Shown here in pieces: positions 43,710-54,610 of a DNA stretch of 64,000 nucleotides; the first letter of the stretch is position 1; the number at the start of each line of letters is the position of its first letter. The DNA comes from an uncultured Thiomicrorhabdus sp. (GTDB lineage Bacteria; Pseudomonadota; Gammaproteobacteria; Thiomicrospirales; Thiomicrospiraceae), in NCBI GenBank assembly GCA_965603495.1, contig CBFDDF010000008.1, positions 33,887 through 97,886 on the forward strand, given 5' to 3'. Made by a program: the position numbers and the translations under genes. The notes below the pieces were generated by a model. It worked only from the letters and a program-made list of their open reading frames with translations. It was not told where the DNA came from and made no database searches.

Positions 43710-44888
43710 CTATTTCAACAGATCCAAACCTCTAGCAAGATCTGCTTTAATATCTTCAATTGATTCCAAACCAACTGATACACGTACCAAGTTATCCGTG
43801 ATACCAGCCTTAAGTCTCGCTTCAGGCTCTACTCGAACATGCGTTGTTGTCGCTGGATGGGTGATGCTGGTTTTGACATCACCTAGATTTGCAGTTATGG
43901 ATAACATTTGAGTATGATCGATGACCGACCACGCTTCAGCCTGATTACCCTTCACTTTAAAACTCACCAAACCGCCGCCAGCAGATTGCTGTTTACAAGC
44001 CAACTCATACTGTGGATGCGACTTTAATCCAGGATAAAAAACTTGCTCTACCGCAGGATGCAAAGAAAGCCACTCTGCTAATTGCAATGCGCTTTGACAG
44101 TGTGCGGCCATTCTGATAGGTAACGTTTCCAGACCCTTTAAAAAAATCCAAGCATTAAATGGACTCATTGAAGGTCCTGCTGTTCGCATAAAACCACGGA
44201 CATGCTCATCAACCAATTCATTTGATCCAACAACAGCACCACCGATACCTCTTCCTTGGCCATCTAGAAACTTTGTAGCTGAATGGATAATAATATCAGC
44301 ACCTTGCTCAAGAGGTCTTTGCAGAATCGGTGTACAGAAGCAATTATCGACAATCAGCAAACAATTATTGGCCTTGGCCAAAGCGCTTATGATCGATAAA
44401 TCCGCGATTTCTGTCAATGGATTTGAAGGCGTCTCTAAAAAGAAAGCTTTGGTATTTGACTGAATCGCGTCTACCCATTCCGAAGTGTCCGTCTGCGAAA
44501 CAAACGTCACCTCAAGTCCAAATTTAGCTAGGTATTTATTGAAAAGAACCTTGGTGGTACCAAAAACACTTTGCGAACAAATGACATGATCACCAGACTC
44601 ACATAAAGCCATAAAGGTAGAGAGAATGGCTGCCATGCCTGATGCAGTACCCACACAAGCTTCACCACCTTCCATTAGCGCAAGGCGATTCTCAAATGCA
44701 CGGACGGTTGGATTGGTAAAGCGAGAATAAACGTTTCCCTTCTCTTCGCCGCTAAAACGTGCAGCTGCTTGAGCCGCAGATTTATAACGAAAACTTGAAG
44801 TCGGAAAAATCGCCTCACTATTCTCTTGCTCTTGCGTTTGATCGTAACCCGCACGAACTGCTAATGTTTCAATATCAAATGAATGCAT
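43710..44888 (-). CDS. metZ: O-succinylhomoserine sulfhydrylase
   Basis: YSRFTNPT, ETPSNP, HSATKFLDGQGR, ANLGDVK; position after purF. Confidence 0.92.
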   Translation of the reverse strand: MHSFDIETLAVRAGYDQTQEQENSEAIFPTSSFRYKSAAQAAARFSGEEKGNVYSRFTNPTVRAFENRLALMEGGEACVGTASGMAAILSTFMALCESGDHVICSQSVFGTTKVLFNKYLAKFGLEVTFVSQTDTSEWVDAIQSNTKAFFLETPSNPLTEIADLSIISALAKANNCLLIVDNCFCTPILQRPLEQGADIIIHSATKFLDGQGRGIGGAVVGSNELVDEHVRGFMRTAGPSMSPFNAWIFLKGLETLPIRMAAHCQSALQLAEWLSLHPAVEQVFYPGLKSHPQYELACKQQSAGGGLVSFKVKGNQAEAWSVIDHTQMLSITANLGDVKTSITHPATTTHVRVEPEARLKAGITDNLVRVSVGLESIEDIKADLARGLDLLK

Positions 44889-44920
44889 TGTAATTCTCTA
44901 TCATTAAAAACAGCAAAGCT

Positions 44921-44932
44921 ACCAGGCCTGGT
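44921..44932. repeat. ACCAGGCCTGGT palindrome in the purF-metZ spacer
   Basis: Exact copy; a half copy ACCAGGC follows at 44947. Confidence 0.95.
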
Positions 44933-44961
44933 CAAAGTTAATTAAAACCAGGCAACCATTT

Positions 44962-46479
44962 CTAGCTACCGTTATAAATTCCGACCGTTTCCTGACCGGA
45001 AGCTTGTTTAGTCGCTTGTGCATCATCATTACGTGCACTATCTATAGACGCTAAATACTCAGGCGTAATATCTCCTGTGGCATAAATTCCACTGAAACAA
45101 GAGGTATCAAATTCAGCAATCTCTTCATTACCCACCCCGACCGCTTCAATCAAATCTTCCAAGTCTTGATAGATTAATTTATCACAACCAATAATTTCGG
45201 CCACTTCTTCAACGGTTCGATTACTCGCGACCAACTCTGTCGGTGACGGCATATCAATTCCATAAACATAAGGAAAGCGAACAGGGGGTGCCGCAGAGGC
45301 GAAATATACTTTTTTAGCGCCCGCTTCACGTGCCATTTCAACGATTTGTGCAGAGGTGGTACCACGAACAATCGAATCATCGACTAATAACACGTTTTTA
45401 CCTTCGAACTCTAAACCAATTGCATTCAGCTTTTGACGTACAGATTTTTTACGTAACTGTTGTCCAGGCATAATGAAGGTACGACCGATATAGCGGTTTT
45501 TGATAAAACCTTCACGATATGGAGAACCCAATCTAGAGGCCAATTCTAATGCAGAGGTGCGACTGGTATCCGGAATCGGCATCACCACATCGATATCATG
45601 ATCTGGCCACTCTTTAAGGATTTTATCCGCAAGCTTTTCCCCCATACGTAGACGAGACTTATGAACGGAGATGTTATCAATCATTGAATCAGGACGAGCA
45701 AAATAAACAAACTCAAAGATACAAGGCGATAATTTCGGATTTTCAGCACACTGCTGAAAGAAAATCTGACCGGAATCCGTAATAACGACCGCTTCACCAG
45801 GTGCCAAATCTTTCAATAACTCGAAACCCAGCCCATCTAAGGCGACAGACTCAGAAGCCACCATGTAATCAAAACCATCCGCATTTGCGCGTTGTCCAAC
45901 CACCACTGGTCGCAAACCAAAAGGATCACGAAAAGCTACGATACCGATATTAGAAATAACGCCGACAGCAGCATAACCACCACGCACACGTTTATGTACA
46001 TTACGAACCGCATTAAAAACATCTTCATGGTCAATAAACAGTTTCTTCTGCTGCATCAATTCATGAGCAAAAATATTTAAGAGTACTTCAGAGTCAGAAT
46101 TGGTATTCAGGTGGCGTAAGTCTTGACGATAAATGTCTTGAGCCAACTCATCAGCATTGGTTAAGTTACCGTTATGCCCCATCGCAATACCATAGGGTGA
46201 GTTAACGTAAAATGGCTGAGCCTCTGCACTCGAAGAAGAACCTGCCGTAGGATAACGAACATGGCCAATTCCAATATTACCATGCAAATCTCGCATGTGA
46301 CGTGTACGAAACACATCCTTAACCATGCCGTTATCTTTACGCTGATAAAAACGCCCTTGGTCACAAGTCACAATACCCGCGGCATCCTGACCACGATGTT
46401 GTAACGTAGTTAAAGCATCATAAATCTCTTGACCAACCGTTTGGCCGTTAGCCAGTACAATCCCAACAATACCGCACAT
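44962..46479 (-). CDS. purF: Amidophosphoribosyltransferase
   Basis: N-terminal [34 protein letters not shown]. Confidence 0.98.
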   Translation of the reverse strand: MCGIVGIVLANGQTVGQEIYDALTTLQHRGQDAAGIVTCDQGRFYQRKDNGMVKDVFRTRHMRDLHGNIGIGHVRYPTAGSSSSAEAQPFYVNSPYGIAMGHNGNLTNADELAQDIYRQDLRHLNTNSDSEVLLNIFAHELMQQKKLFIDHEDVFNAVRNVHKRVRGGYAAVGVISNIGIVAFRDPFGLRPVVVGQRANADGFDYMVASESVALDGLGFELLKDLAPGEAVVITDSGQIFFQQCAENPKLSPCIFEFVYFARPDSMIDNISVHKSRLRMGEKLADKILKEWPDHDIDVVMPIPDTSRTSALELASRLGSPYREGFIKNRYIGRTFIMPGQQLRKKSVRQKLNAIGLEFEGKNVLLVDDSIVRGTTSAQIVEMAREAGAKKVYFASAAPPVRFPYVYGIDMPSPTELVASNRTVEEVAEIIGCDKLIYQDLEDLIEAVGVGNEEIAEFDTSCFSGIYATGDITPEYLASIDSARNDDAQATKQASGQETVGIYNGS

Positions 46480-46526
46480 CTTTGTACACTCTCTTACTTA
46501 AAATTTGTTGTCCAGCTTATTGCTGT

Positions 46527-47123
46527 TCAATTAAGTTGCACGACTTCTGCATTCGTTCGTAACATTTTATCTAATTTTTGCTTGTCTTGTTCAGCTTTGG
46601 CTTTAGAAAAATAAGGCCCTGTTCGCACTGAATAAGTTGCAGTTTTTTTAAATTCTTTAATCGACACTTCATAATTGGATTCAAGACGCCCCAGTAAGTG
46701 ATTGGCTTTCTTGATATCTTTATAGGCCGTCACTTTGACAATCCACTGTGGTGGAGTGTGTTTATCCATTTTAACAGCACTGACTGACTCTGTTTTTTTT
46801 TCAGAAGTCACTTGATTAGCGATTTGGCGGGGCGCTACATCTACACTTTTATCCGTCGCTGACGGTGATGAATTTAAGGCTGGCGTTATAACAGCTTGCT
46901 GATTCGTCACTGGAGTGCTTTGAACCTCCACTTGCTTCTGTCGGGTTTGCACGGGCAATTCATAAACATGCTCAACCAAGGGGCGCTCGCCCTTGATTAA
47001 TTCAACCTGATGGCCTAAAGGTTGGAAATTAACAGGGTGACTATACCAACCTGGGACCACAACCACCAATAAAAGCAGCCAAATAACGGCACCGGTTAAA
47101 CGATACTTGCTTACTTCATCCAT
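46527..47123 (-). CDS. dedD: SPOR-domain cell division protein, DedD-like
   Basis: RLTGAVI + TM, low-complexity linker, C-terminal SPOR-like WIVKV...VRTGPY; follows folC. Confidence 0.75.
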   Translation of the reverse strand: MDEVSKYRLTGAVIWLLLLVVVVPGWYSHPVNFQPLGHQVELIKGERPLVEHVYELPVQTRQKQVEVQSTPVTNQQAVITPALNSSPSATDKSVDVAPRQIANQVTSEKKTESVSAVKMDKHTPPQWIVKVTAYKDIKKANHLLGRLESNYEVSIKEFKKTATYSVRTGPYFSKAKAEQDKQKLDKMLRTNAEVVQLN

Positions 47124-48459
47124 GAACAGAACCCATCATTTCAGCAGACGTGTTCGAAGGTAAATTCATCAACACTTGAGACACTGTAAAAAATGAACCC
47201 CAAACTAACACATCTTCTGCAGCACAGCTTCTAGCATAAGCAACTGCATCAGCCATACTATGCTTGGCAATGATATTTGAATCTTCGACCCCGGCTGCAT
47301 TCAATAAACCACGCAGTGCTTCAACCGAGGTTGCTCGAGGTATCTCTAAATCGACAATCACCCAAGTAGACACAAAAGGCGCTACCTGTTGAACCATCGG
47401 TAATGCATCTTTATCGTTTAATACCGAAAACAGAGACAAATAACTTAACTGATTTTGCTTCGTTTGCTGCTGTAAATAATCAGCCAAAGCTTGCGCTGAC
47501 TGAGGATTGTGGGCAACATCAATCAACCAGGATTGCGGCCCAAACTCTATGGACTGCAATCGACCGGGGTGACAGACCTGTTGCAAGCCTAACTTAATCG
47601 CTTTACGATCAACCGGCAACGAGGATCCAAGTTTAGATAATAGAGCAACCACCCCTGCTGCATTATTTAATTGAAACTCACCTTTAAGAGCTGGAAAAGG
47701 TAAATCATCTAATGCACCAATCAGCTGAACAGCATTTTGCTGCGTCAACCACTTAAATGACCAGGCCTGGTCAGTTACTTGCAAATCGAAATCAACTTTA
47801 AACTGACTTAACGGCACTGCATGTTTACCTGCATAAGCCATTAAACTGGCCGGAGGATTCATATCCGAACAAATTGCGGGTTTTCCACTGCGCATGATAC
47901 CGGCTTTTTCCGTAGCGATAATACTGCGGTCATCCCCTAACCAATCTACATGATCAATATCAATCGCCGTAATCAAAGCTGCATCTGCATCGACAATATT
48001 GACTGCATCCAGGCGGCCACCTAAACCAACCTCAAGCACTACAACATCTAATTGCGCCCGTTTAAAAATATAGAGTGCCGCTAAGGTAGAAAACTCAAAA
48101 TAGGTTAATTTAGTTTCTGCTCTAGCCGCTTCAATCGCTATAAATGCCTCAATGATCAAATCATCACTGACGGGATTGCCGTTAATTTGTATACGTTCGT
48201 TAAAAAACTGGATATGCGGGGAAGTATAAGCGCCGACTTTATAGCCAGCGGCTTTGACAATCGCAACCAATAACGCAACACTAGAGCCTTTACCATTGGT
48301 TCCAGCAACACTAATCACCAATGGCCCAGGCCTGGTAATTTGCATAGCTTCAGCCACCAGACGAATCCGGTCAAGGCCAAGGTCTATTTCTTGAGCGTGT
48401 AATTGAAGTAACCAATCAACCCAGTCGGTTAGACTGGATTGACGATTCGGAATTGTCAT
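47116..48459 (-). CDS. folC: Dihydrofolate synthase / folylpolyglutamate synthase
   Basis: VAGTNGKGS, YTSPH, EVGLGGRLDA, DVAHNP. Confidence 0.97.
   Translation of the reverse strand: MTIPNRQSSLTDWVDWLLQLHAQEIDLGLDRIRLVAEAMQITRPGPLVISVAGTNGKGSSVALLVAIVKAAGYKVGAYTSPHIQFFNERIQINGNPVSDDLIIEAFIAIEAARAETKLTYFEFSTLAALYIFKRAQLDVVVLEVGLGGRLDAVNIVDADAALITAIDIDHVDWLGDDRSIIATEKAGIMRSGKPAICSDMNPPASLMAYAGKHAVPLSQFKVDFDLQVTDQAWSFKWLTQQNAVQLIGALDDLPFPALKGEFQLNNAAGVVALLSKLGSSLPVDRKAIKLGLQQVCHPGRLQSIEFGPQSWLIDVAHNPQSAQALADYLQQQTKQNQLSYLSLFSVLNDKDALPMVQQVAPFVSTWVIVDLEIPRATSVEALRGLLNAAGVEDSNIIAKHSMADAVAYARSCAAEDVLVWGSFFTVSQVLMNLPSNTSAEMMGSVHG
47760..47771. repeat. ACCAGGCCTGGT palindrome inside folC (reads DQAW; extends to TGACCAGGCCTGGTCA)
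   Basis: Exact copy. Confidence 0.95.
48325..48336. repeat. ACCAGGCCTGGT family copy inside folC (CCCAGGCCTGGT, reads TRPG)
   Basis: One mismatch at the first base. Confidence 0.85.
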
Positions 48460-48542
48460 ATTTTTTTAAATCTTTGTCCCCGCGCATTGCGAGACTGAGG
48501 TAAATAATTACAAATTGATAAGTGACTAAACACTAAAGTAAA

Positions 48543-49397
48543 TCAAGCAGATTTGTTCAATAACATCTTACAAATATCAGACAGCTCATTCGCCAGTTCA
48601 TGGCGGTGAATAATACGATCAATCGCACCGTGCTCAAGCAAAAATTCACTACGCTGAAAACCTTCAGGCAACTTCTCTCGAACAGTCTGCTCGATAACAC
48701 GAGGCCCTGCAAAACCAATCAATGCTTTAGGCTCTGCCACATTCAAATCACCTAACATCGCAAAACTGGCTGAGACGCCTCCCATTGTAGGATCTGTCAA
48801 TACCGAAATAAACGGTAAACCTTTTGCACGTAATCGGCCTAATGCAGCACTGGTCTTCGCCATCTGCATTAAAGAGAATAACGCCTCTTGCATACGCGCA
48901 CCACCACTGGCTGAAAAGCAGATAAATGGGCATTGACGCTCAATCGCTTCATTCACACCACGGACAAACTTCTCGCCAACGACAGAACCCATTGAGCCGC
49001 CCATGAACTTGAATTCAAACGCAGCCGTCACAACTTCTAAACCATTAATGGTTCCAACACCAGTAATTAAAGCATCCTTCTCACCGGTGGCTTTTTGTGC
49101 AGCAGCAATTCGATCTTTATATTTTTTAATGTCTTTAAATTTAAGCGCATCCACTGGTGAAATATTCGCAGCAGTCTCTTTGAAACTTCCTTCATCCAAA
49201 AATGCATGTAGACGCGAACGACCCCCTAAACGCATATGGTGCTGACACTTAGGACAGACTTCCTTATTGCGCGCTACTTCTGAGCGATAAAGTGTCGCCT
49301 CACATTTAGGACACTTAGTCCACAAGCCTTCAGGAACGGACTTTTTGCGTTCAGTAACTTGTTTAATACTCGGTAAAATCTTTTCGAACCAGTTCAT
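48543..49397 (-). CDS. accD: Acetyl-CoA carboxylase carboxyltransferase beta subunit
   Basis: CPKC...CPKC zinc finger, [30 protein letters not shown]. Confidence 0.97.
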   Translation of the reverse strand: MNWFEKILPSIKQVTERKKSVPEGLWTKCPKCEATLYRSEVARNKEVCPKCQHHMRLGGRSRLHAFLDEGSFKETAANISPVDALKFKDIKKYKDRIAAAQKATGEKDALITGVGTINGLEVVTAAFEFKFMGGSMGSVVGEKFVRGVNEAIERQCPFICFSASGGARMQEALFSLMQMAKTSAALGRLRAKGLPFISVLTDPTMGGVSASFAMLGDLNVAEPKALIGFAGPRVIEQTVREKLPEGFQRSEFLLEHGAIDRIIHRHELANELSDICKMLLNKSA

Positions 49398-49399
49398 GT

Positions 49400-50230
49400 C
49401 TACTCCTGACCTTTTAGTGCATCGGCTCTGTCTATAGCGTGCCGAAATTCTGCCATCTTTTCGCCAATGGCAAGATGAATATCATAACGCCCTTTGGACT
49501 CATTGGCTTCGATTAATTTGACTAACGAAGACCCCACCACCACGGCATCGCCCAGTTTTGCCATTTCAAACGCCATTGGCCCATTATTAATCCCAAAGCC
49601 AATACCAATAGGTATATTTAATTTAGTTTGTAGTCGTGCCATGTTATTGGCAACATCCACCGTATCTAACTCTTTTGAGCCTGTCACCCCTTTTAGGGAA
49701 ACATAATAGACAAAACCGCTACCTTTCTCATTAACTGACTGTAAACGACTGTCCGGCGTGGTCGGTGAAACTAAAAAGATACGATCTAATTCATGTGTAC
49801 TCAGTGCCTGTAAATAACCTTGAGATTCTTCAGGTGGCATATCAACAGTCAATACCGCATCCACACCCACAGAGCTTGCTGCATTGGCAAATTCTTCATA
49901 GCCCATCGCTTCAATCGGGTTTAGATACCCCATTAAAATAATCGGGGTTTCACTATCCTGCTCACGAAAGACACGGACAAACTCAAGTACATCATCCAAA
50001 CTGACATTGTGACGCAATGCTCTTTCAACGGCTTTTTGAATAACGGGACCATCAGCCATCGGATCCGAAAAAGGCACGCCTAATTCAAGCATGTCAGCAC
50101 CTTTTTGAACGAGCAAATGCATTAAATCTATGGTTGCATTTGGCTCGGGGTCACCAGCTGTGATATACGGAATTAAAGCCGTTTTACCGACCCTTTTTAA
50201 TTCCTCGAATTTTTCTTGTATTCTGTTCAT
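49400..50230 (-). CDS. trpA: Tryptophan synthase alpha chain
   Basis: [29 protein letters not shown]. The track starts at 50260; ATG 50230 is more likely. Confidence 0.96.
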   Translation of the reverse strand: MNRIQEKFEELKRVGKTALIPYITAGDPEPNATIDLMHLLVQKGADMLELGVPFSDPMADGPVIQKAVERALRHNVSLDDVLEFVRVFREQDSETPIILMGYLNPIEAMGYEEFANAASSVGVDAVLTVDMPPEESQGYLQALSTHELDRIFLVSPTTPDSRLQSVNEKGSGFVYYVSLKGVTGSKELDTVDVANNMARLQTKLNIPIGIGFGINNGPMAFEMAKLGDAVVVGSSLVKLIEANESKGRYDIHLAIGEKMAEFRHAIDRADALKGQE

Positions 50231-50340
50231 ACTATTTTTTCCTAAAAAAGCATCCATCAAATCATGACCGATTACGACTCAAGCTGAATAAGTTCTGATT
50301 CATCTAAGGCAAATAGAGTTTCGCCATATAACAAATTATT

Positions 50341-51546
50341 TTAGAATTCAAACCCTTCAATTTGTGCAATGGTATTCATATCTTTATCACCGCGCCCAGA
50401 CAAGTTGACGACAATCATCTGGTCTTTAGACATGGTTGGCGCCAATTTAGTCGCATATGCAATCGCATGACTGGATTCCAGTGCCGGAATAATACCTTCA
50501 TATTTGGTTAGATCTCTAAAACCCTGTAACGCTTCTTCATCGTCAATTGCGACATACTCGACACGTTTAATATCTTTTAACCAAGCATGTTCAGGCCCCA
50601 CGCCGGGATAATCTAGACCTGCGGAAATAGAGTGCGTCCCTAAAATTTGACCATGCTCATCCTGCATCAAATAGGTACGATTACCATGTAGAACGCCTGG
50701 CTTACCTTTACATAAAGGCGCCGCATGCTGCCCAGTTTCAAGCCCTAAGCCACCAGGTTCAACTCCCACCATTTTGACACTGTCATCGCTTAAAAACTCA
50801 TGAAACAGACCAATGGCATTTGACCCACCGCCGACACAAGCGATCAACACATCTGGTAATTTACCTTCCTGCACTAATGATTGTTGCTTGGCTTCACGAC
50901 CAATAATCGCCTGAAAATCCCTCACCATACCAGGATATGGATGTGGCCCTGATACCGTACCAATAATATAGAAAGTATCATCGACATTCGTTACCCAGTC
51001 ACGCATCGCTTCATTCAGTGCATCCTTCAAAGTACGCGAACCGGATTCTACACCAATCACAGTCGCACCGAGCATTTTCATTCGAGCCACATTTGGGGCT
51101 TGACGAATAACATCATCTGCCCCCATGTAGACAACACATTCCAAACCTAAACGAGCGGCAACCGTCGCACTAGCAACACCGTGTTGCCCAGCACCAGTTT
51201 CTGCAATAATACGGGTCTTGCCTAAGCGTTTTGCAAGCAGCGCTTGTCCAATCGCATTGTTGACCTTGTGGGCACCAGTGTGATTCAAATCTTCACGCTT
51301 TAAATAGATTTTTGCACCACCCAAAGATTCAGACCAACGTTTCGCATAATATAAAGGCGTAGGACGCCCTACATAGTTTTGTAGATCTTCAGCCAACTCT
51401 TTTAAAAAATCAGGATCGTTCTTAACACTTTTATACTCCTGATTAAGTTGCTCCAATGCTGCCATTAAAGTTTCTGGCGCAAAAATACCACCATAAGGAC
51501 CAAAATGCCCGTGTTCATCAGGGTATTTAGAATAATCTATTGTCAT
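50341..51546 (-). CDS. trpB: Tryptophan synthase beta chain
   Basis: [44 protein letters not shown]. Confidence 0.98.
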   Translation of the reverse strand: MTIDYSKYPDEHGHFGPYGGIFAPETLMAALEQLNQEYKSVKNDPDFLKELAEDLQNYVGRPTPLYYAKRWSESLGGAKIYLKREDLNHTGAHKVNNAIGQALLAKRLGKTRIIAETGAGQHGVASATVAARLGLECVVYMGADDVIRQAPNVARMKMLGATVIGVESGSRTLKDALNEAMRDWVTNVDDTFYIIGTVSGPHPYPGMVRDFQAIIGREAKQQSLVQEGKLPDVLIACVGGGSNAIGLFHEFLSDDSVKMVGVEPGGLGLETGQHAAPLCKGKPGVLHGNRTYLMQDEHGQILGTHSISAGLDYPGVGPEHAWLKDIKRVEYVAIDDEEALQGFRDLTKYEGIIPALESSHAIAYATKLAPTMSKDQMIVVNLSGRGDKDMNTIAQIEGFEF

Positions 51547-52187
51547 TGGACTGTACTCATAACTTGTTGCATAAATTTTTGTATTTTTTCAGCGGATTTT
51601 ACCCCTTTCGAAGCCTCTACTCCGCCACTGACGTCAAGCGCCCAGGGCGCGACCTGTTGAATGGCTTGCTGAACGTTTTCAGCCTTTAAGCCACCCGCTA
51701 AAATAATTCTTTTGGCTATGTCTGATGGGATACTCGCCCAATCAAACTGCTCTCCCGTACCACCAGGAATGCCTTCTTTGTAAGCATCCAACAGCAGGCC
51801 TGCCGAACTGCTATAGCGCGCTTCCAAAGCGACTAAATCAATACCTTCTCGCATTCGAACGGCTTTAATATACGTCAGACCAAACTGTTCACAGAACTCG
51901 GGACTTTCATCTCCATGAAACTGTAATAGATCAATTTTTACCGCGCTTAACACCGTTTTAACGTATTCAACATCCGGGTTCACAAATAAGGCAGTCTTAG
52001 TCACAAATGCAGGAATAGATTCCGCAATTGACCAGGCCTGGTCAATACTCACGTGACGTGGACTTGGTTCATAAAACACCAAACCAATGGCATCTGCGCC
52101 GCAATTCACAGCGAACAATGCATCCTCCGTAGAGGTCAATCCGCAAATCTTAACACGTGTTCTTTGATTAGCGAGACTCACTGCCAC
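51543..52187 (-). CDS. trpF: Phosphoribosylanthranilate isomerase
   Basis: [32 protein letters not shown]. Confidence 0.97.
   Translation of the reverse strand: MAVSLANQRTRVKICGLTSTEDALFAVNCGADAIGLVFYEPSPRHVSIDQAWSIAESIPAFVTKTALFVNPDVEYVKTVLSAVKIDLLQFHGDESPEFCEQFGLTYIKAVRMREGIDLVALEARYSSSAGLLLDAYKEGIPGGTGEQFDWASIPSDIAKRIILAGGLKAENVQQAIQQVAPWALDVSGGVEASKGVKSAEKIQKFMQQVMSTVQ
52031..52042. repeat. ACCAGGCCTGGT palindrome inside trpF (reads DQAW; extends to ATTGACCAGGCCTGGTCAAT)
   Basis: Exact copy within a 20-bp perfect palindrome. Confidence 0.95.
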
Positions 52188-52963
52188 AGCACCTCATCTA
52201 AAGCCACTTGAGGTATTGCATATTTTTCTGGATAAAATGCATTCACAAAATACAACCCCGTTGCAGGTCCCGTGGCCGCGGCTTTAGTTCGATCCATTAA
52301 AGCCAACACCTCAGCAACCCATTCCACTGGTTTCTCTGACAAGCCGATTTGAAATAACGTTCCTGCAATATTGCGAACCATGTGATGCAAAAAAGCGTTC
52401 GCCTGAATATCAATAAAGACAAAATCCCCTTTGCGCGACACCGAAACCGCCTCAACCGTCCGTAACGCATTACTTGCCTGACAACCTGACGCTCTAAAGG
52501 AGCTAAAATCATGATGGCCTAATAACGCTTGCGCGCCTTGATGCATTTTATCGACGTCCAAAGGGGAGTAAATCCATGTCACCCTATTGGCTAAGACCGC
52601 TGAGTTCACTCTACGATTATAAATCACATAACGATACTGACGAGAGCCCGCTGAAAAACGTGCATGAAAGTCTTCCGTAACTTGCTTAGCCCAGCTAATA
52701 CGGATATCAAGTGGCAATTTAGTATTCGCCCCTTGAAGCCAAGCTTTTAACTGACGTTTTGCCTTGGTTTCAAAGTGCACTACCTGGCCAACGGCGTGCA
52801 CGCCAGTATCCGTACGACCAGCACAAGTCAAAGCAATCGGTTCATTGGCAATATTAGATAGCGCTTGCTCTAAATGCCCCTGAACTGTTGGACAATCTAA
52901 TTGTCGCTGGTATCCACAATACTGAGTACCTTGGTACTCTATGCCCAGTGCAATTTTAATCAC
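52178..52963 (-). CDS. truA: tRNA pseudouridine(38-40) synthase
   Basis: AGRTDTGVHA, FHARFSA, AFLHHMVRNIAG. Confidence 0.97.
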   Translation of the reverse strand: MIKIALGIEYQGTQYCGYQRQLDCPTVQGHLEQALSNIANEPIALTCAGRTDTGVHAVGQVVHFETKAKRQLKAWLQGANTKLPLDIRISWAKQVTEDFHARFSAGSRQYRYVIYNRRVNSAVLANRVTWIYSPLDVDKMHQGAQALLGHHDFSSFRASGCQASNALRTVEAVSVSRKGDFVFIDIQANAFLHHMVRNIAGTLFQIGLSEKPVEWVAEVLALMDRTKAAATGPATGLYFVNAFYPEKYAIPQVALDEVLWQ

Positions 52964-52966
52964 GGT

Positions 52967-53989
52967 TTAAATATAATCTTTAATCAACAATTCAGCGATT
53001 TGAATCGTATTAGTTGCCGCGCCTTTACGCACGTTATCTGCAACCACCCAAATATTCAAACCATTTTCAGTCGAAATATCCTCACGTATACGCCCAACAT
53101 AAACCGGGTTCGTATCAGCGGCATCACTGACTGCCGTAGGATAACCACCATCAACATGCTCATCAATCAAGACAATACCTTCTGCAGCTTCCATTAACGC
53201 TTTTGCTTCTGCTGCAGTGATTTTTCTGTCCGTTTCGATATGAATCGCTTCACTATGGCCAAAGAATACTGGCACACGCACCGCCGTTGGATTGACCTTA
53301 ATATTAGCGTCACCCATGATCTTCTGAGTTTCCCACACCATTTTCATCTCTTCTTTGGTGTAGCCATTCTCCATAAAGACATCGATTTGCGGAATAACGT
53401 TGAAAGCGATTTGCTTAGGGTAAACTTTAATTTCTACCGGCTTCATATTCAATAAATTAGCGGTTTGTTTAGCTAGTTCTTCAATTGCCTCTTTGCCAGT
53501 CCCAGATACAGCTTGATAAGTCGCAACATTGATACGCTTGATACCGACAGCATCATAAATAGGCTTTAAAGCCACCATCATTTGAATGGTCGAGCAGTTA
53601 GGGTTGGCGATAATACCTCGTGTTTTATAACCAGCGACAGCATCAGGATTAACTTCTGGCACAACCAACGGAATATCATCGTCATAACGGAATTCAGAAG
53701 TGTTATCGATCACGATACAACCTGCTGCTGCCGCCTTAGGGGCATAGATTTTAGAAACACTTGCACCAGGAGAAAACAGACCAATTTGAGCTTTAGAAAA
53801 ATCAAACTCTGCCAAATCTAAAACCTTAATCCACTTACCAGCAAACTGGATCTTTTTACCGGCTGAACGGCTACTCGCTAACGGGTATAGATTCCCTACA
53901 GGAAAATTACGTTCTTCAAGTACTTTTAAAATTGTCTCTCCGACGGCACCAGTTGCACCAACAACCGCAATATCGTATAACTTTGTCAT
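52967..53989 (-). CDS. asd: Aspartate-semialdehyde dehydrogenase
   Basis: VGATGAVG, ANPNCSTIQ, VRVPVFFGHSE, DNVRKGAA. Confidence 0.96.
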   Translation of the reverse strand: MTKLYDIAVVGATGAVGETILKVLEERNFPVGNLYPLASSRSAGKKIQFAGKWIKVLDLAEFDFSKAQIGLFSPGASVSKIYAPKAAAAGCIVIDNTSEFRYDDDIPLVVPEVNPDAVAGYKTRGIIANPNCSTIQMMVALKPIYDAVGIKRINVATYQAVSGTGKEAIEELAKQTANLLNMKPVEIKVYPKQIAFNVIPQIDVFMENGYTKEEMKMVWETQKIMGDANIKVNPTAVRVPVFFGHSEAIHIETDRKITAAEAKALMEAAEGIVLIDEHVDGGYPTAVSDAADTNPVYVGRIREDISTENGLNIWVVADNVRKGAATNTIQIAELLIKDYI

Positions 53990-54103
53990 CTCTTACCCTT
54001 CAATATTAATCCACTGTCAGCGTGAGCCATCCAGCTTAGCTAGTCAAGCTTGACTATATTTACGCTTTCGAGCTAAAACTTTATAAATTTATTAACCACG
54101 ATT

Positions 54104-54610
54104 TCAGGCAGGAATCGATCCAGTTTTAGCAATTTTCTCAGACTGTTTAGAGTCATCACGAAGAACGCCTTCTGCCGAAGTAGCAACCTTAGTGACTTTC
54201 GCATACTTTCCCATCTGCTCAAAAGTCTCTGGCAAGCTGACGACCATACCACTCTCAGTCATCTCATGACTTTGCCCTATGAATTTACCGCCTGTTTCAA
54301 TGGTAAATTCACCGCAAATCAACTCGCCAATCAATTTTCCGGTCGACAAAATATCAATCGTTTCACAAGCTACCTTCCCCTCAAGAACACCACTTAAAGC
54401 GATTCTTTTAGCCTTAACGAGGCCAGCTACATTGCCGGTTTTTCCAATAGACACATCAAATCCGCTATCAATCACACCATCAACACGGCCATCAATATGT
54501 AACGCCCCTGCTAGTTCGGTGATTTCCCCGCTAATTGAACACCCCTCAGCAATAATTGTTTTTCCACCTTCTTGACGCGCTTGTCGACTGCTTGAGTTAA
54601 AGAACCCCAT
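54104..54610 (-). CDS. Bactofilin (polymer-forming cytoskeletal protein)
   Basis: TIIAEGCSISGEI...LHIDGRVDG...IGKTGNVAGLVKA...GKVACETIDILSTGKLIGEL beta-helix pattern. Confidence 0.9.
   Translation of the reverse strand: MGFFNSSSRQARQEGGKTIIAEGCSISGEITELAGALHIDGRVDGVIDSGFDVSIGKTGNVAGLVKAKRIALSGVLEGKVACETIDILSTGKLIGELICGEFTIETGGKFIGQSHEMTESGMVVSLPETFEQMGKYAKVTKVATSAEGVLRDDSKQSEKIAKTGSIPA

Noticed and set aside
46793-46801. A9 run in dedD as a phase-variation tract
   Set aside because: Lys-rich codons in AT-rich DNA readily give A runs; nothing else supports it.
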